Below, one piece after another: positions 27,082-35,999 of a stretch of DNA of 64,000 bases (positions are counted from its first letter, which is position 1; every line of letters starts with the position of its first letter). The stretch is from IMG/VR virus record IMGVR_UViG_3300012147_000006, positions 64,001-128,000 of that record; one strand, written 5' to 3'. The position numbers were made by a program, and so were the translations under genes. A model generated the notes under the pieces. It saw only the letters and a program-made list of their open reading frames with translations. It was not told where the DNA came from and ran no database searches. This DNA is from a virus.

Positions 27082-27384
27082 TTAGTGTTCTAAAAATTCG
27101 TAAACTTCTGTGACTGTATCCCAAACGTCTTGGCCAATAACTTCACAGTATTGTTCGTGAGTAAACCCAAGTTGCTTAAGGATTTCGTTTTGAATGTCAG
27201 TGCTTACTTCAGACTCAGCTTCTCCACGACCAGTTTCTCGATAAGCATCTTGCTCGTCTTCATACTCGTCTTCCCAATCTTCATCAAGATAATTATAGAT
27301 TGCCTCTTCAACTAAATGCTGAAGGACACTTTCTTCATATTCTTTTCTCAAAAATTCGATTACTGATTCTTTAGTAGCTTCCAT
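27082..27384 (-). CDS. Highly acidic hypothetical protein
   Basis: ORF after the class II promoter at 27395. Confidence 0.75.
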   Translation of the reverse strand: MEATKESVIEFLRKEYEESVLQHLVEEAIYNYLDEDWEDEYEDEQDAYRETGRGEAESEVSTDIQNEILKQLGFTHEQYCEVIGQDVWDTVTEVYEFLEH

Positions 27385-27394
27385 ACTTAGGTTA

Positions 27395-27420
27395 TACGAT
27401 AAATAAAAGAAAGTGTTCTA
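27395..27420 (-). promoter_or_regulatory. Class II ECF-type promoter
   Basis: TAGAAC-N16-CGTA; also at 31260-31285, 37153-37178, and as TGAAAC at 44625-44650 and 45853-45878. Confidence 0.75.
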
Positions 27421-27430
27421 TTTATCTCGA

Positions 27431-27898
27431 CTAAGCTGTTTGTTTCCACTTGGTTGGAAACTTATAATCTTTTAAAAGCTCAAAAGCTTTCTCTGGAGTT
27501 ATATAGCCATCAATTTTAACAAAGAACTCTCTCCAGTTCTCATCAGACTTTGCTCTCTTAGCGTTTTTAGCCTTCTCTTTCTTCTTCTTTTCTTCATCAA
27601 GAGAGACTACTGAAAATCCATCACCCATTTCTTCATCACAGACAGATTGGTCTTTTCTGTAAGAACTCCCATCAACTTCAAATCTAAAACCATCTATTGT
27701 AGTGTGGTATGTGCATGTGATATAGCACGAGCCTGTAGTCTCGTCATAGTCATCATAACTTTCTCTTAGGCATTCTACTACCTCCTCGATAGTCATTTCT
27801 TCGCCCTCACCTTCTTCCTCTTGAAAGTATTCTGCAAACACTTTCTTAAGAACTACCATTACATCACTTGGGATGTCTTCTATTTTATCAATATACAT
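27431..27898 (-). CDS. Hypothetical protein
   Basis: ORF. Confidence 0.75.
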   Translation of the reverse strand: MYIDKIEDIPSDVMVVLKKVFAEYFQEEEGEGEEMTIEEVVECLRESYDDYDETTGSCYITCTYHTTIDGFRFEVDGSSYRKDQSVCDEEMGDGFSVVSLDEEKKKKEKAKNAKRAKSDENWREFFVKIDGYITPEKAFELLKDYKFPTKWKQTA

Positions 27899-27912
27899 AA
27901 TTATTTATTTTT

Positions 27913-28164
27913 TTATGAGTCCATTACGTGGTCTGAACATAAGTTATAGTCAACGCAATCTTGGTTAGTTGTATCAACGGGTTGTCCGCAATAACATTTC
28001 TTTGGAACTTCTGAAGCTGGAACTGCGTCCAGGTGCTCCATTAGTTTTTCTTTAAATTTTCTATATCCGTCAGCATTCTCAAACCCTTCTTCGTCCAAGC
28101 AGATACCTATTCCATAAAGGAAATCGTCTATGATTGTTTTCACGCTATATTTCTTGTGACCCAT
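27913..28164 (-). CDS. Hypothetical protein with C-terminal Cys/His cluster
   Basis: CYCG..C...LCSDH. Confidence 0.65.
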   Translation of the reverse strand: MGHKKYSVKTIIDDFLYGIGICLDEEGFENADGYRKFKEKLMEHLDAVPASEVPKKCYCGQPVDTTNQDCVDYNLCSDHVMDS

Positions 28165-28207
28165 CTGGCCATCATAAGTGTTAACGTATTTCTTAAATTT
28201 TTATAAG

Positions 28208-28414
28208 TCAAAATTCTCCATCATCAAGTATATCTTTGTTGCTAACTTTTTCTTTTTCCCACCCCATTAATAATCGACCTATAATTGACACAACAAAACC
28301 TGCAGGTACAAGTGTGTATTTTAAGTCTGGCCTTCCAGTCATCATTGGAATAAACATTACAACGATTCCGATTACATAAAAAAAATATTGAGGCAATTTT
28401 ATAAACCATATCAA
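28208..28414 (-). CDS. Small 2-TM membrane protein
   Basis: Two hydrophobic helices. Confidence 0.7.
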   Translation of the reverse strand: MIWFIKLPQYFFYVIGIVVMFIPMMTGRPDLKYTLVPAGFVVSIIGRLLMGWEKEKVSNKDILDDGEF

Positions 28415-28740
28415 GCTTCTTTTCTTAGTTTTTCAGCAAATTCCTGGAGTTCGTTCCACTCTTTTTCATATACCTCTGGGTCTTCGTTATATTTTTCTTT
28501 TCTATTCTTAAGTCTCCAAGGAGTTATTGAATGCATGGACGTATTGTGGTAATCTAATTCAATTTCTTCAACCGTCTTTAGTATTTCCTCCTTTGTCTTC
28601 GCAAGCCTAAGAGTGAAGTGAATTTGATTCATAGCTGTCTTGGCGGCTTCGTTTTGTTCCTCTATGATTTTTTCAATCTCAACATCAAGTTCTTCAATGC
28701 TTGAGGAGTTGAGCTACTCTAAGTGTTCTTCCCAGTTCAT
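28411..28740 (-). CDS. Hypothetical protein with internal TAG
   Basis: MNWEEHLE-TAG(28714-28716)-LNSSSIEE.. is in frame with 28411..28632. Confidence 0.5.
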
Positions 28741-28741
28741 A

Positions 28742-29038
28742 TTATTGAATTGTAAAATCTACAACTTGTATTTCATCAACAGTGTTGTGCCATCTATTTT
28801 CTCTCTTGTCACATTTTCTCCACTTAAACTCTTCATAGTGCCTTAACATAACTTCATGGTCTTCATCTTCTACTTCAAGTTTTCTATATTCTTCTTGGCG
28901 AGCTATCTCCATTTCAAAAATCCTTGTCGCTTCAGCAACTGCAGCTTCTTTATCTTTGAAGAGGTTTTTGTTGACTCCTCCACCTTCGTAGATGCAGCCT
29001 TGATGTATTCCGTATACAACGTCTTTATCTTCGCTCAT
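28742..29038 (-). CDS. Hypothetical protein
   Basis: ORF. Confidence 0.75.
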   Translation of the reverse strand: MSEDKDVVYGIHQGCIYEGGGVNKNLFKDKEAAVAEATRIFEMEIARQEEYRKLEVEDEDHEVMLRHYEEFKWRKCDKRENRWHNTVDEIQVVDFTIQ

Positions 29039-29286
29039 ATTTACTCGCCATTTTGTTCGTTAATAAACTCTTCTCTAATTGCTACCAAAAGCTCCATTAA
29101 CAATTTATTGGCCTCATCTGCTTTGTCAACCATTCCGAAGCTCATCATTATTTTGATTCTTTCTTCCATTGTGGCAACCTGGAGCACAACTTTTTGCATA
29201 CTTCTCCGACAAGGGCTTGGTGTGCTCGTATGACAATATTTGCATTAATTGTGTTGCTTTTTTCACTGCTCAAATTTAGTTAAAAT

Positions 29287-29517
29287 TTATTTATTTACCA
29301 AATGTATTTTAATGAACCTGGAAATTAACCCTGGAGTTACAGTTGGCATTCCAGTCGGAGGATTAACCCACTCAGGTTCTGAAATATATCTTTTTTCATA
29401 CTTAAGTTTTTTATCCTTCCATATTTTAATAGTTGAAACTCCTTGATAGCCTCTTATTACTGACCACGCCCATAAGTCGCCCCCATCTATCGTTATATTT
29501 CTGTGCTTCTTTTTCAT
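29287..29517 (-). CDS. Hypothetical protein
   Basis: ATGA overlap start MKKKHR. Confidence 0.65.
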   Translation of the reverse strand: MKKKHRNITIDGGDLWAWSVIRGYQGVSTIKIWKDKKLKYEKRYISEPEWVNPPTGMPTVTPGLISRFIKIHLVNK

Positions 29518-29708
29518 ATGCAATGTTTTATAAAAATTTCTCTAAACATTTCGTGGTAATTTCTTTCATACCCTTTAATCAAATAATTTACTTGATAATC
29601 TGAAAGCCCGTTGTTTACTATTATGCGCAAGTCTTTAGATGACAAGTGAACAAATTTCTTGTTTCTGAGATGTTCTGGAAGTCTTCTTATTTTGTCTTCT
29701 TCTAACAT
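29514..29708 (-). CDS. Small protein, [DK][HY]C-tail family
   Basis: Ends EIFIKHCI. Confidence 0.65.
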   Translation of the reverse strand: MLEEDKIRRLPEHLRNKKFVHLSSKDLRIIVNNGLSDYQVNYLIKGYERNYHEMFREIFIKHCI

Positions 29709-29899
29709 TAGCAATATTTTTTTAAGATGTATTTATTTTTCTCCTCAATAGAAAAGATAAGACTTTGCCTTGTCATCCACAAACCTCTTTTTACAAAAGC
29801 TGTATTAGCAAACTTAGGGTCCTTAAGTCTTTCTGTTAAAATTTTATGCAATTGCTCCCCCGCTTTATCCCACTTCATTTTTCTTGCTCTTGTTTTCAT
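29708..29899 (-). CDS. Small protein, [DK][HY]C-tail family
   Basis: Start corrected to MKTRAR, below the host-type promoter; ends KYILKKYC. Confidence 0.65.
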   Translation of the reverse strand: MKTRARKMKWDKAGEQLHKILTERLKDPKFANTAFVKRGLWMTRQSLIFSIEEKNKYILKKYC

Positions 29900-30018
29900 T
29901 GCAGCGAAGGTACGAATAAATGAAAAAATTTCCAAAAATAAAAACTATTTATTAAGACAACACAAAAATAGATGGAGCCTGAAGAAGACTACGATGACTA
30001 TAACTGGTTTAACGAACA

Positions 30019-30804
30019 ATGAATATAAAAAAAATAATACAAGAAGAACTTAAAAAGGTTTTTGAAGCTGTTGTCTATAGTGACTACAAAGACTTTCCAG
30101 ACTTTTTTGACCCACAGTTCAACCCACAGATGAGGAGCTATCCTACGACTGGGCAGCACAAATTTGGAACCATGGTGAAAGAAGATTCTTTGGAAGAGGG
30201 TTATCCTGAAATGTTTAAGATAGAGGAGTTTAAGACTCTTACAACGTTTGCAGAGAGAATTAGATATTGTGAAGCATTTCTTCAAAGGATTTCTTCTGGT
30301 TCGTCAAGAATTGTATATAAAATTGATGATGAGAAAGTTTTAAAGCTTGCTAAGAACAAAAAAGGTATTGCTCAAAACCAGGTTGAGATTGACTTTGCAA
30401 AAGAAGGCTTAGATGATGTTTTGGCTACAATTTATGACTATGACCCAAATAGCTTGTGGACCGAAATGGAATTGGCCCAAAAGCTTAAAGTGGCTGATTT
30501 TAAAAAAATTACTGGATTTGATTTTAGAGATTTTGCTGTAGCTATTCACAATTATGGAGAAGATGCGAATGGGATTGGTGACAGAAGTTCGTATAAGCAA
30601 GATATTGATAAAGCTGTTGTAGAAGAGATGTGGGAAGACGAGTTTGTGTATGGAATATTTCAGTACATAGGAAATTTTGGAATACCTGCAGGGGATTTAA
30701 CAAGACTTAGCTCCTACGGTGTCGTTAAAGAGGGTGGAATAGAAAGGGTTGTGATTATTGATTATGGTTTAAATTCTGAAGTTTACGGCTCTTATTATTC
30801 TTAA
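30019..30804 (+). CDS. Protein kinase-like fold protein
   Basis: SSGSSRIVY Gly-loop, VLK lysine, QNQVE helix-C Glu, GDL catalytic loop, IIDYG. Confidence 0.65.
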   Translation: MNIKKIIQEELKKVFEAVVYSDYKDFPDFFDPQFNPQMRSYPTTGQHKFGTMVKEDSLEEGYPEMFKIEEFKTLTTFAERIRYCEAFLQRISSGSSRIVYKIDDEKVLKLAKNKKGIAQNQVEIDFAKEGLDDVLATIYDYDPNSLWTEMELAQKLKVADFKKITGFDFRDFAVAIHNYGEDANGIGDRSSYKQDIDKAVVEEMWEDEFVYGIFQYIGNFGIPAGDLTRLSSYGVVKEGGIERVVIIDYGLNSEVYGSYYS

Positions 30805-30912
30805 AATCGAAAAAGCCCCCATTGCTGGAGGCTTTTTCTTTGAACCAATAAATAAAGATGTCAATTGCGAGACGCATAGATGACCATCCTTAGATACAGA
30901 CGTTATATATCT

Positions 30913-31251
30913 TTAGTCCCAAATACCCTTGCTGCTGCTTGAGTTTGGAGACTTTTCAATTTCTTCTTCATTTGCAAACTTAAACGCTTCATTTGTTCTA
31001 TCGTAAACTTCTGTTCCAGCCTTAACGACTTTATCATAAGCTTTTGCAACGAATGAATTCATTTGCTCGTTCATCTTTGTCATCTTCTCTCCAAGCAGCG
31101 CTCCAGTTCCTCTTTCGATTTCCTCGTGACACCATTGAGTAAAGACAGCTTTATTATCAACTTCAAGAGTTGAGAACATTGCTTTTAATATTTCAATTTT
31201 TTCTTCTTGGCTTAGCGTTTCTGAGCCAGTTCCTGTGTTTGCTGTTTCCAT
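30913..31251 (-). CDS. Hypothetical protein
   Basis: ORF after a class II promoter. Confidence 0.75.
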   Translation of the reverse strand: METANTGTGSETLSQEEKIEILKAMFSTLEVDNKAVFTQWCHEEIERGTGALLGEKMTKMNEQMNSFVAKAYDKVVKAGTEVYDRTNEAFKFANEEEIEKSPNSSSSKGIWD

Positions 31252-31286
31252 ATTCTTTATACGATTATTATTATAAAATGTTCTAT

Positions 31287-31775
31287 TTAATTTGTTCTAA
31301 TATATTCGACATCATCTAAATCGCTATTTTTTAGATGTTTATTGTTTAAATAAACTTTGTTCATAACGATGCTTTGCTTGTCTTTGAAGTCTGGGTGTTG
31401 CATTAAATCGCTTGCAATAGCCCATCTTCTATCTGCCTCCTCTCTTGAGAGGTCAAGAATAGATGTCATGAGCCATACAATGTGACCTTTTTCTTTAGGC
31501 TCATACTGATAAGCGTCTTTAAACGCTTCGCATCTTGTGCTCCAGGATTTGCTTTTTCTTTTTTCGTCTTCATTCTCTATAGTTTCGAAAATAGAATGTA
31601 CTGTTTTTTCTAATATAGCCTTCTTTTCTCCTATAGATAGATTGAATCCAGATTCATAGAAGTTTATTCTGGCGAAAAGCTTTTCTGAGGCTTCGTTGAA
31701 TATGAAACCTTGTTCTCCATCGTCAGATACGCTGCAGCTTATTTTAACTCCTTTTTCTATTTCTTCATTTGTCAT
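31287..31775 (-). CDS. Hypothetical protein
   Basis: Probable start MTNEEI. Confidence 0.7.
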   Translation of the reverse strand: MTNEEIEKGVKISCSVSDDGEQGFIFNEASEKLFARINFYESGFNLSIGEKKAILEKTVHSIFETIENEDEKRKSKSWSTRCEAFKDAYQYEPKEKGHIVWLMTSILDLSREEADRRWAIASDLMQHPDFKDKQSIVMNKVYLNNKHLKNSDLDDVEYIRTN

Positions 31776-32016
31776 CTGGAATGTTTTTGTAATTATTAAA
31801 TGCGTAAACATATATCAATGATATAAGTGTTGACAAAGATATGATTAAAATCTCAAGTGAAAAAAATAATCTTAAATTAAATTCTAAAGAAATTGGTTTT
31901 CCTTCTGAAACATAATTTACAAGATTCATTACTACTTGAATTGCTATTAGAGTTAGTGTAAAAAGCACTACTCCAAATGTAAACATTTCTATAAAATCTC
32001 TTAACTTATTCTTCAT
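31765..32016 (-). CDS. Small 2-TM membrane protein
   Basis: Two hydrophobic helices. Confidence 0.65.
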   Translation of the reverse strand: MKNKLRDFIEMFTFGVVLFTLTLIAIQVVMNLVNYVSEGKPISLEFNLRLFFSLEILIISLSTLISLIYVYAFNNYKNIPDDK

Positions 32017-32042
32017 GTAAAAATATTAGTTAAACAATAAGC

Positions 32043-32243
32043 TTACTTGTCGCAGCTACAATTTGTGCATTTACAGTCTGGGTTATTTTTTATAGCCTCC
32101 ACTGCAATATTCATCTTAGAGAACATGTCCTTTAAAATAGTCGAAACACTATCAACAGCGTCATAATCATTAATTGACTCAGTTGTTTTTGTTACGATTC
32201 CTTCGGCAATATCTCGAATCTCTTTGTTAGTTACTTCCTTCAT
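32043..32243 (-). CDS. Small protein with Cys-rich tail
   Basis: Ends CKCTNCSCDK. Confidence 0.7.
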   Translation of the reverse strand: MKEVTNKEIRDIAEGIVTKTTESINDYDAVDSVSTILKDMFSKMNIAVEAIKNNPDCKCTNCSCDK

Positions 32244-32440
32244 TTTGTTTTTTTTTTTTTTCTTGATTTGATGTCATAGACTTTGACATAGACAATATAT
32301 TGTTTATAAAAAACTTGTTCAGTTTTAGAAAACTTGTCTTTATGGAAAACTCATACATCATCTGGATAACCTGTTTTTAGTAACAGCTCTTATTACAACA
32401 GTGCTCTCATGAAATTTAATTTCTAAATTATTATCGTTTA

Positions 32441-32836
32441 TCATTTGCTATTATTTTTCCAGAAATCAATATAGTGATTTATTTGCTCATCAAGCTTTAG
32501 CTCTTTTTTATTTAGATGACGATGGTATGATGTAATTATCAATCCAGATATGTCATCAGCATGGCTTAATCCAAGCTTTTTAAAATACTGAAGCAAAGTG
32601 CTGTCTTCTATTCCAAATATCCAATTGTTTCTTATCCATTGGCCAAGGCCGTGATGAGATTCTGCAACAGCCTTATCTTCTGAAGAGGACACAAACCAAT
32701 CGCTATCCTCCGACTCTTTAAATATGTCGTCAAGATGTCTGAAACACTCTAACAAGCTGGTTGGTTGTTTTACTTCTTCTTTCATTTTATTATCTCTTTC
32801 TAATACAAACTTAGATATTTTATTTCGTTTTGACAA
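32441..32836 (-). CDS. DUF6794-like protein
   Basis: HHGLGQWIRNNW..G..HADDIS..I..SYH motif. Confidence 0.6.
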   Translation of the reverse strand: MSKRNKISKFVLERDNKMKEEVKQPTSLLECFRHLDDIFKESEDSDWFVSSSEDKAVAESHHGLGQWIRNNWIFGIEDSTLLQYFKKLGLSHADDISGLIITSYHRHLNKKELKLDEQINHYIDFWKNNSK

Positions 32837-32877
32837 AAAAATAACTACATTTGCTTAGTTTAATATAAGAAAAAAAT

Positions 32878-33447
32878 ATGAAAAACATAATCATTTTTGG
32901 ACCTCCTGGAACTGGGAAAGGAACAATGTCAGAGAAAGTTGCAAAAGAGTTTGGATTTAAACATATTTCTACTGGCGACATAATTAGAAAGAACCAGGAA
33001 GAGAAGACAAAGATTGGAATTCTTGCTGACAAAGTTGTAAATCAAGGAAATTTGCTTCCAGATAATATTGTCAATGAAATGATTAAGCAAGAGATTATTG
33101 ACAACAGCAATGCTTCTGGGCTCATATTTGACGGTTACCCAAGAACAACAGACCAAGCAAAAACTCTGGACCAATTTTTAAACAAAAGAAAGGCTCCAGT
33201 TTCAAAAGTTATTCTGCTTGATGCTGACAAGTATGTTATTAAAAACAGAATTTTAGAAAGAGGAAGAGAAAGCGGAAGAAAAGATGATAACGCTGAAGTT
33301 TTCGAAACAAGATGGAGCGCCTATCAAAAGGAGACAATTCCAGCTTTAAATTATTTTGAAGGTCGTGGAATGGTTGTGAAAGTTGATAGCGAAAAATCTA
33401 TTGAATCGGTTTATGATGAGGTTAAAAGTATAATTAACGCATTATGA
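32878..33447 (+). CDS. adk: Adenylate kinase
   Basis: GPPGTGKGT, HISTGD, FDGYPRT, GRKDD (short LID). Confidence 0.95.
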   Translation: MKNIIIFGPPGTGKGTMSEKVAKEFGFKHISTGDIIRKNQEEKTKIGILADKVVNQGNLLPDNIVNEMIKQEIIDNSNASGLIFDGYPRTTDQAKTLDQFLNKRKAPVSKVILLDADKYVIKNRILERGRESGRKDDNAEVFETRWSAYQKETIPALNYFEGRGMVVKVDSEKSIESVYDEVKSIINAL

Positions 33448-34010
33448 CAATTAATCTAATAGTAGCAACGACTGAGAATGGAGTAATAGGCAAAGATGGA
33501 GACATGCTATGGAGAATGCCTGCAGACCTAAAGCATTTTAAGCATATTACAACGCTCGGAGAGAGCAATGTGATAATCATGGGCAGAAAGACCTATGATT
33601 CAATCGGAAAACCGCTGCCTGGTAGAACTAACTATGTTGTAACCAGAAACAGAAACAAGGAAGAGACAGATTACATTAACACTGAGGTATTCAACACAAT
33701 TGAGGATGCGTTACATCAAGCACAAGGTCTTGAGTATTTTCTAAAGTTAGAATTAGATGTTCACATCATAGGTGGGGCCAGCATATATGAGCAAGTCATG
33801 AAAATGGATAAAGTAGAAAGAATTCATCACACACTTATTCATACTGAATTAGATGGAGATACTTTTTTTAATATTCCAGAAGGTTGGGTTGTAAAAAGCG
33901 AAAAGCCTTATTTAGCAGATGAAGACAATGCTTACAATTACACATTTAGAGTTCTTAGGAAGGAAAAGGATTTATCTTCTCACCAAGGGTTGAATTCACT
34001 CTTTCAATAA
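33444..34010 (+). CDS. folA: Dihydrofolate reductase
   Basis: NGVIG, WRMPADLKHFK, IMGRKTYDSI, PLPGR, IIGGA, GDTFF. Confidence 0.95.
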   Translation: MTINLIVATTENGVIGKDGDMLWRMPADLKHFKHITTLGESNVIIMGRKTYDSIGKPLPGRTNYVVTRNRNKEETDYINTEVFNTIEDALHQAQGLEYFLKLELDVHIIGGASIYEQVMKMDKVERIHHTLIHTELDGDTFFNIPEGWVVKSEKPYLADEDNAYNYTFRVLRKEKDLSSHQGLNSLFQ

Positions 34011-34395
34011 ATGTGTGGTATTCCTCTACGTATCCAGTCTCTGCAATTATCTGAGGCTCATTCGAGCCACGCTCTAATTCAGCAATCCTAAGATTACAGA
34101 AGCTATTGTATTCTGGCCCAATTGTGTGTGTGATTTCTATAATTTGACTTCCTCCATAGCTGGATTCAATCTCAAACATCCAACCCTCTTCAAATTCTGA
34201 ACGTGGGAAGTAGTCGTTCATATAATACTCGGAAAGCCCGTTGATGTCTCTGGATAGTTTATTTTTACCAAACATTCTCCCAGCATCAAAATCGTAAAGA
34301 ATTTGTTCTTCACCAGAAGTTTGAAGCGCTGACCCGTTTATCTCAAGTAATGCCTTCAAAAGTTCTTTCTGTATTATTTCTCTAACTCTTTTCAT
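33955..34395 (-). CDS. Hypothetical protein (IIxEE-like N-terminus)
   Basis: MKRVREIIQKEL; CTATTTAT upstream. Confidence 0.7.
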   Translation of the reverse strand: MKRVREIIQKELLKALLEINGSALQTSGEEQILYDFDAGRMFGKNKLSRDINGLSEYYMNDYFPRSEFEEGWMFEIESSYGGSQIIEITHTIGPEYNSFCNLRIAELERGSNEPQIIAETGYVEEYHTFIERVNSTLGEKINPFPS

Positions 34396-34419
34396 GTACT
34401 AATAAATAGTACTTTAAAA

Positions 34420-34950
34420 TCAGGAAACCACTTTATTAAATGTGTTGACTACATCAGCCATATTGTCTATAGCTTCTATTGTGAGAGGTCTGTCGCTCAT
34501 TAGCTTGTTAACCATTGGTTCTCTAAGCTCTGCTTTTGGCGTATTTCTTATCTTATTTTCCAAAGTAAAATACTTAGCTACAACAGAAAGGTTTTCGCTT
34601 ATTTTTGATATAGGGTCATAACCAAGAGCTACTGCAAAATAAGATTTAACATTATCCTTAAAGTCTGGAGACATTTGAAAATCTGAATCCTCATCGAGAG
34701 CTTTATTAATCAGCAATTTTTTATACTCTTCATAAACAAGTTTTACGTCATTTACGTTGCTTGCTGAATCTATTGAGTTGGCAATGTTAGATTTATCATC
34801 TTGAGTTAGATGAAATTCTGACATTATTCTTGTCGAATATCCAAGTTTAGCGTTAGCAAGCGTAAGTGATTGATTTGATAGCTCCAGATTAAAAACTTTA
34901 ACTTCTAAATCCTTTATCATTTGTTGTTCTGGTGTAATGTTCTCTTCCAT
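34420..34950 (-). CDS. Coiled-coil hypothetical protein
   Basis: ORF after a TATATTTG -7 box. Confidence 0.75.
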   Translation of the reverse strand: MEENITPEQQMIKDLEVKVFNLELSNQSLTLANAKLGYSTRIMSEFHLTQDDKSNIANSIDSASNVNDVKLVYEEYKKLLINKALDEDSDFQMSPDFKDNVKSYFAVALGYDPISKISENLSVVAKYFTLENKIRNTPKAELREPMVNKLMSDRPLTIEAIDNMADVVNTFNKVVS

Positions 34951-35012
34951 ACAACAAATATAATTTATTTTTATGACTTTTCCTCTTCTTTAAGGATTTT
35001 TTTTAATGTTAG

Positions 35013-35999
35013 CTACACTTTTTCTGACTTTGTTCTCATGTCAATGAAGTTGTCTGTTTCGTCAACAATTTCATAACCAAATATTTCTTCATGTATATCT
35101 TCAAGAGTAATGATTCCAAGTATATTGTCATGTTCATCAACAACAATTAACAAGTGCTGTCTTGCGGTTCTAAAAATCTCCAATATGTCATCCAACTTCG
35201 TATCATCCTTTACAGTAATTGGCTCATTTGCTTTGTTCATTATTTTAGTACCCTTTCTCATTCCGAGAAGATTCTTGGCAAGGACGACTCCAACAACTTG
35301 GTCCCTCTTTGTTTTGAAGACGGGCACTCTTGTGTGACCCTTCTGAATTATGCTATCAATTAATTCTGTGGTAAGCTTTTGGTCTTCATAGAATCTATAC
35401 ACATTTTTCTTTGGTGTCATTACCTCTCTTGCTGTCTTATCAGAGAACGTTAGAGCTCCCATAACAGTTTTTGCTTCCCTTTCATCAATATCAGTAGTAA
35501 TGTCCAGCTGGTGGTCTCTAATCATCTCGCCAATTTCAAACTTTGTATGTCGAACTGGAGGCTCAGGCCCAAGAAAATAATCCATAATTTTAGAAAGCGG
35601 CCAACATATAACCCAAAGAGCAATCATAAACACTCTAAATACAGGAGCTGCTTTTGAACCTATTTCAAGAGGATACCTTGAGCATATTGCTTGTGGTAAT
35701 ATTTCACCAAACACAACAACTAATGCTGTTGCAACAATCACAGCCATTGCACCAGTAAACATCTCACTCATGTATATTGCAAGTATGTTGTTAACTAATA
35801 CGTTACCTATAAGAATCGTACAAAGAAGAAGGTTTCCATTCTTTCTAAGTCTATAAACAACATCAGCTCTCTTGTCGCCCATGCTTATTTTTCTTTGCAA
35901 CTCTTCTTTCCCAAGGGACATAAACCCAAGGTTAAGTCCAGAAAATAATCCAGACATAAATAATAATCCTAAAATAATCCCTATACTAATTAGCTCCAT
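35013..35999 (-). CDS. CNNM/CorC-HlyC family (DUF21 + CBS pair) membrane protein
   Basis: SGLFSGL, LLCTILIGNVLVN, VFGEILPQ, VMTP, HTRVPV, VDEH..GIITLED.EE.G..DETD. Confidence 0.9.
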   Translation of the reverse strand: MELISIGIILGLLFMSGLFSGLNLGFMSLGKEELQRKISMGDKRADVVYRLRKNGNLLLCTILIGNVLVNNILAIYMSEMFTGAMAVIVATALVVVFGEILPQAICSRYPLEIGSKAAPVFRVFMIALWVICWPLSKIMDYFLGPEPPVRHTKFEIGEMIRDHQLDITTDIDEREAKTVMGALTFSDKTAREVMTPKKNVYRFYEDQKLTTELIDSIIQKGHTRVPVFKTKRDQVVGVVLAKNLLGMRKGTKIMNKANEPITVKDDTKLDDILEIFRTARQHLLIVVDEHDNILGIITLEDIHEEIFGYEIVDETDNFIDMRTKSEKV

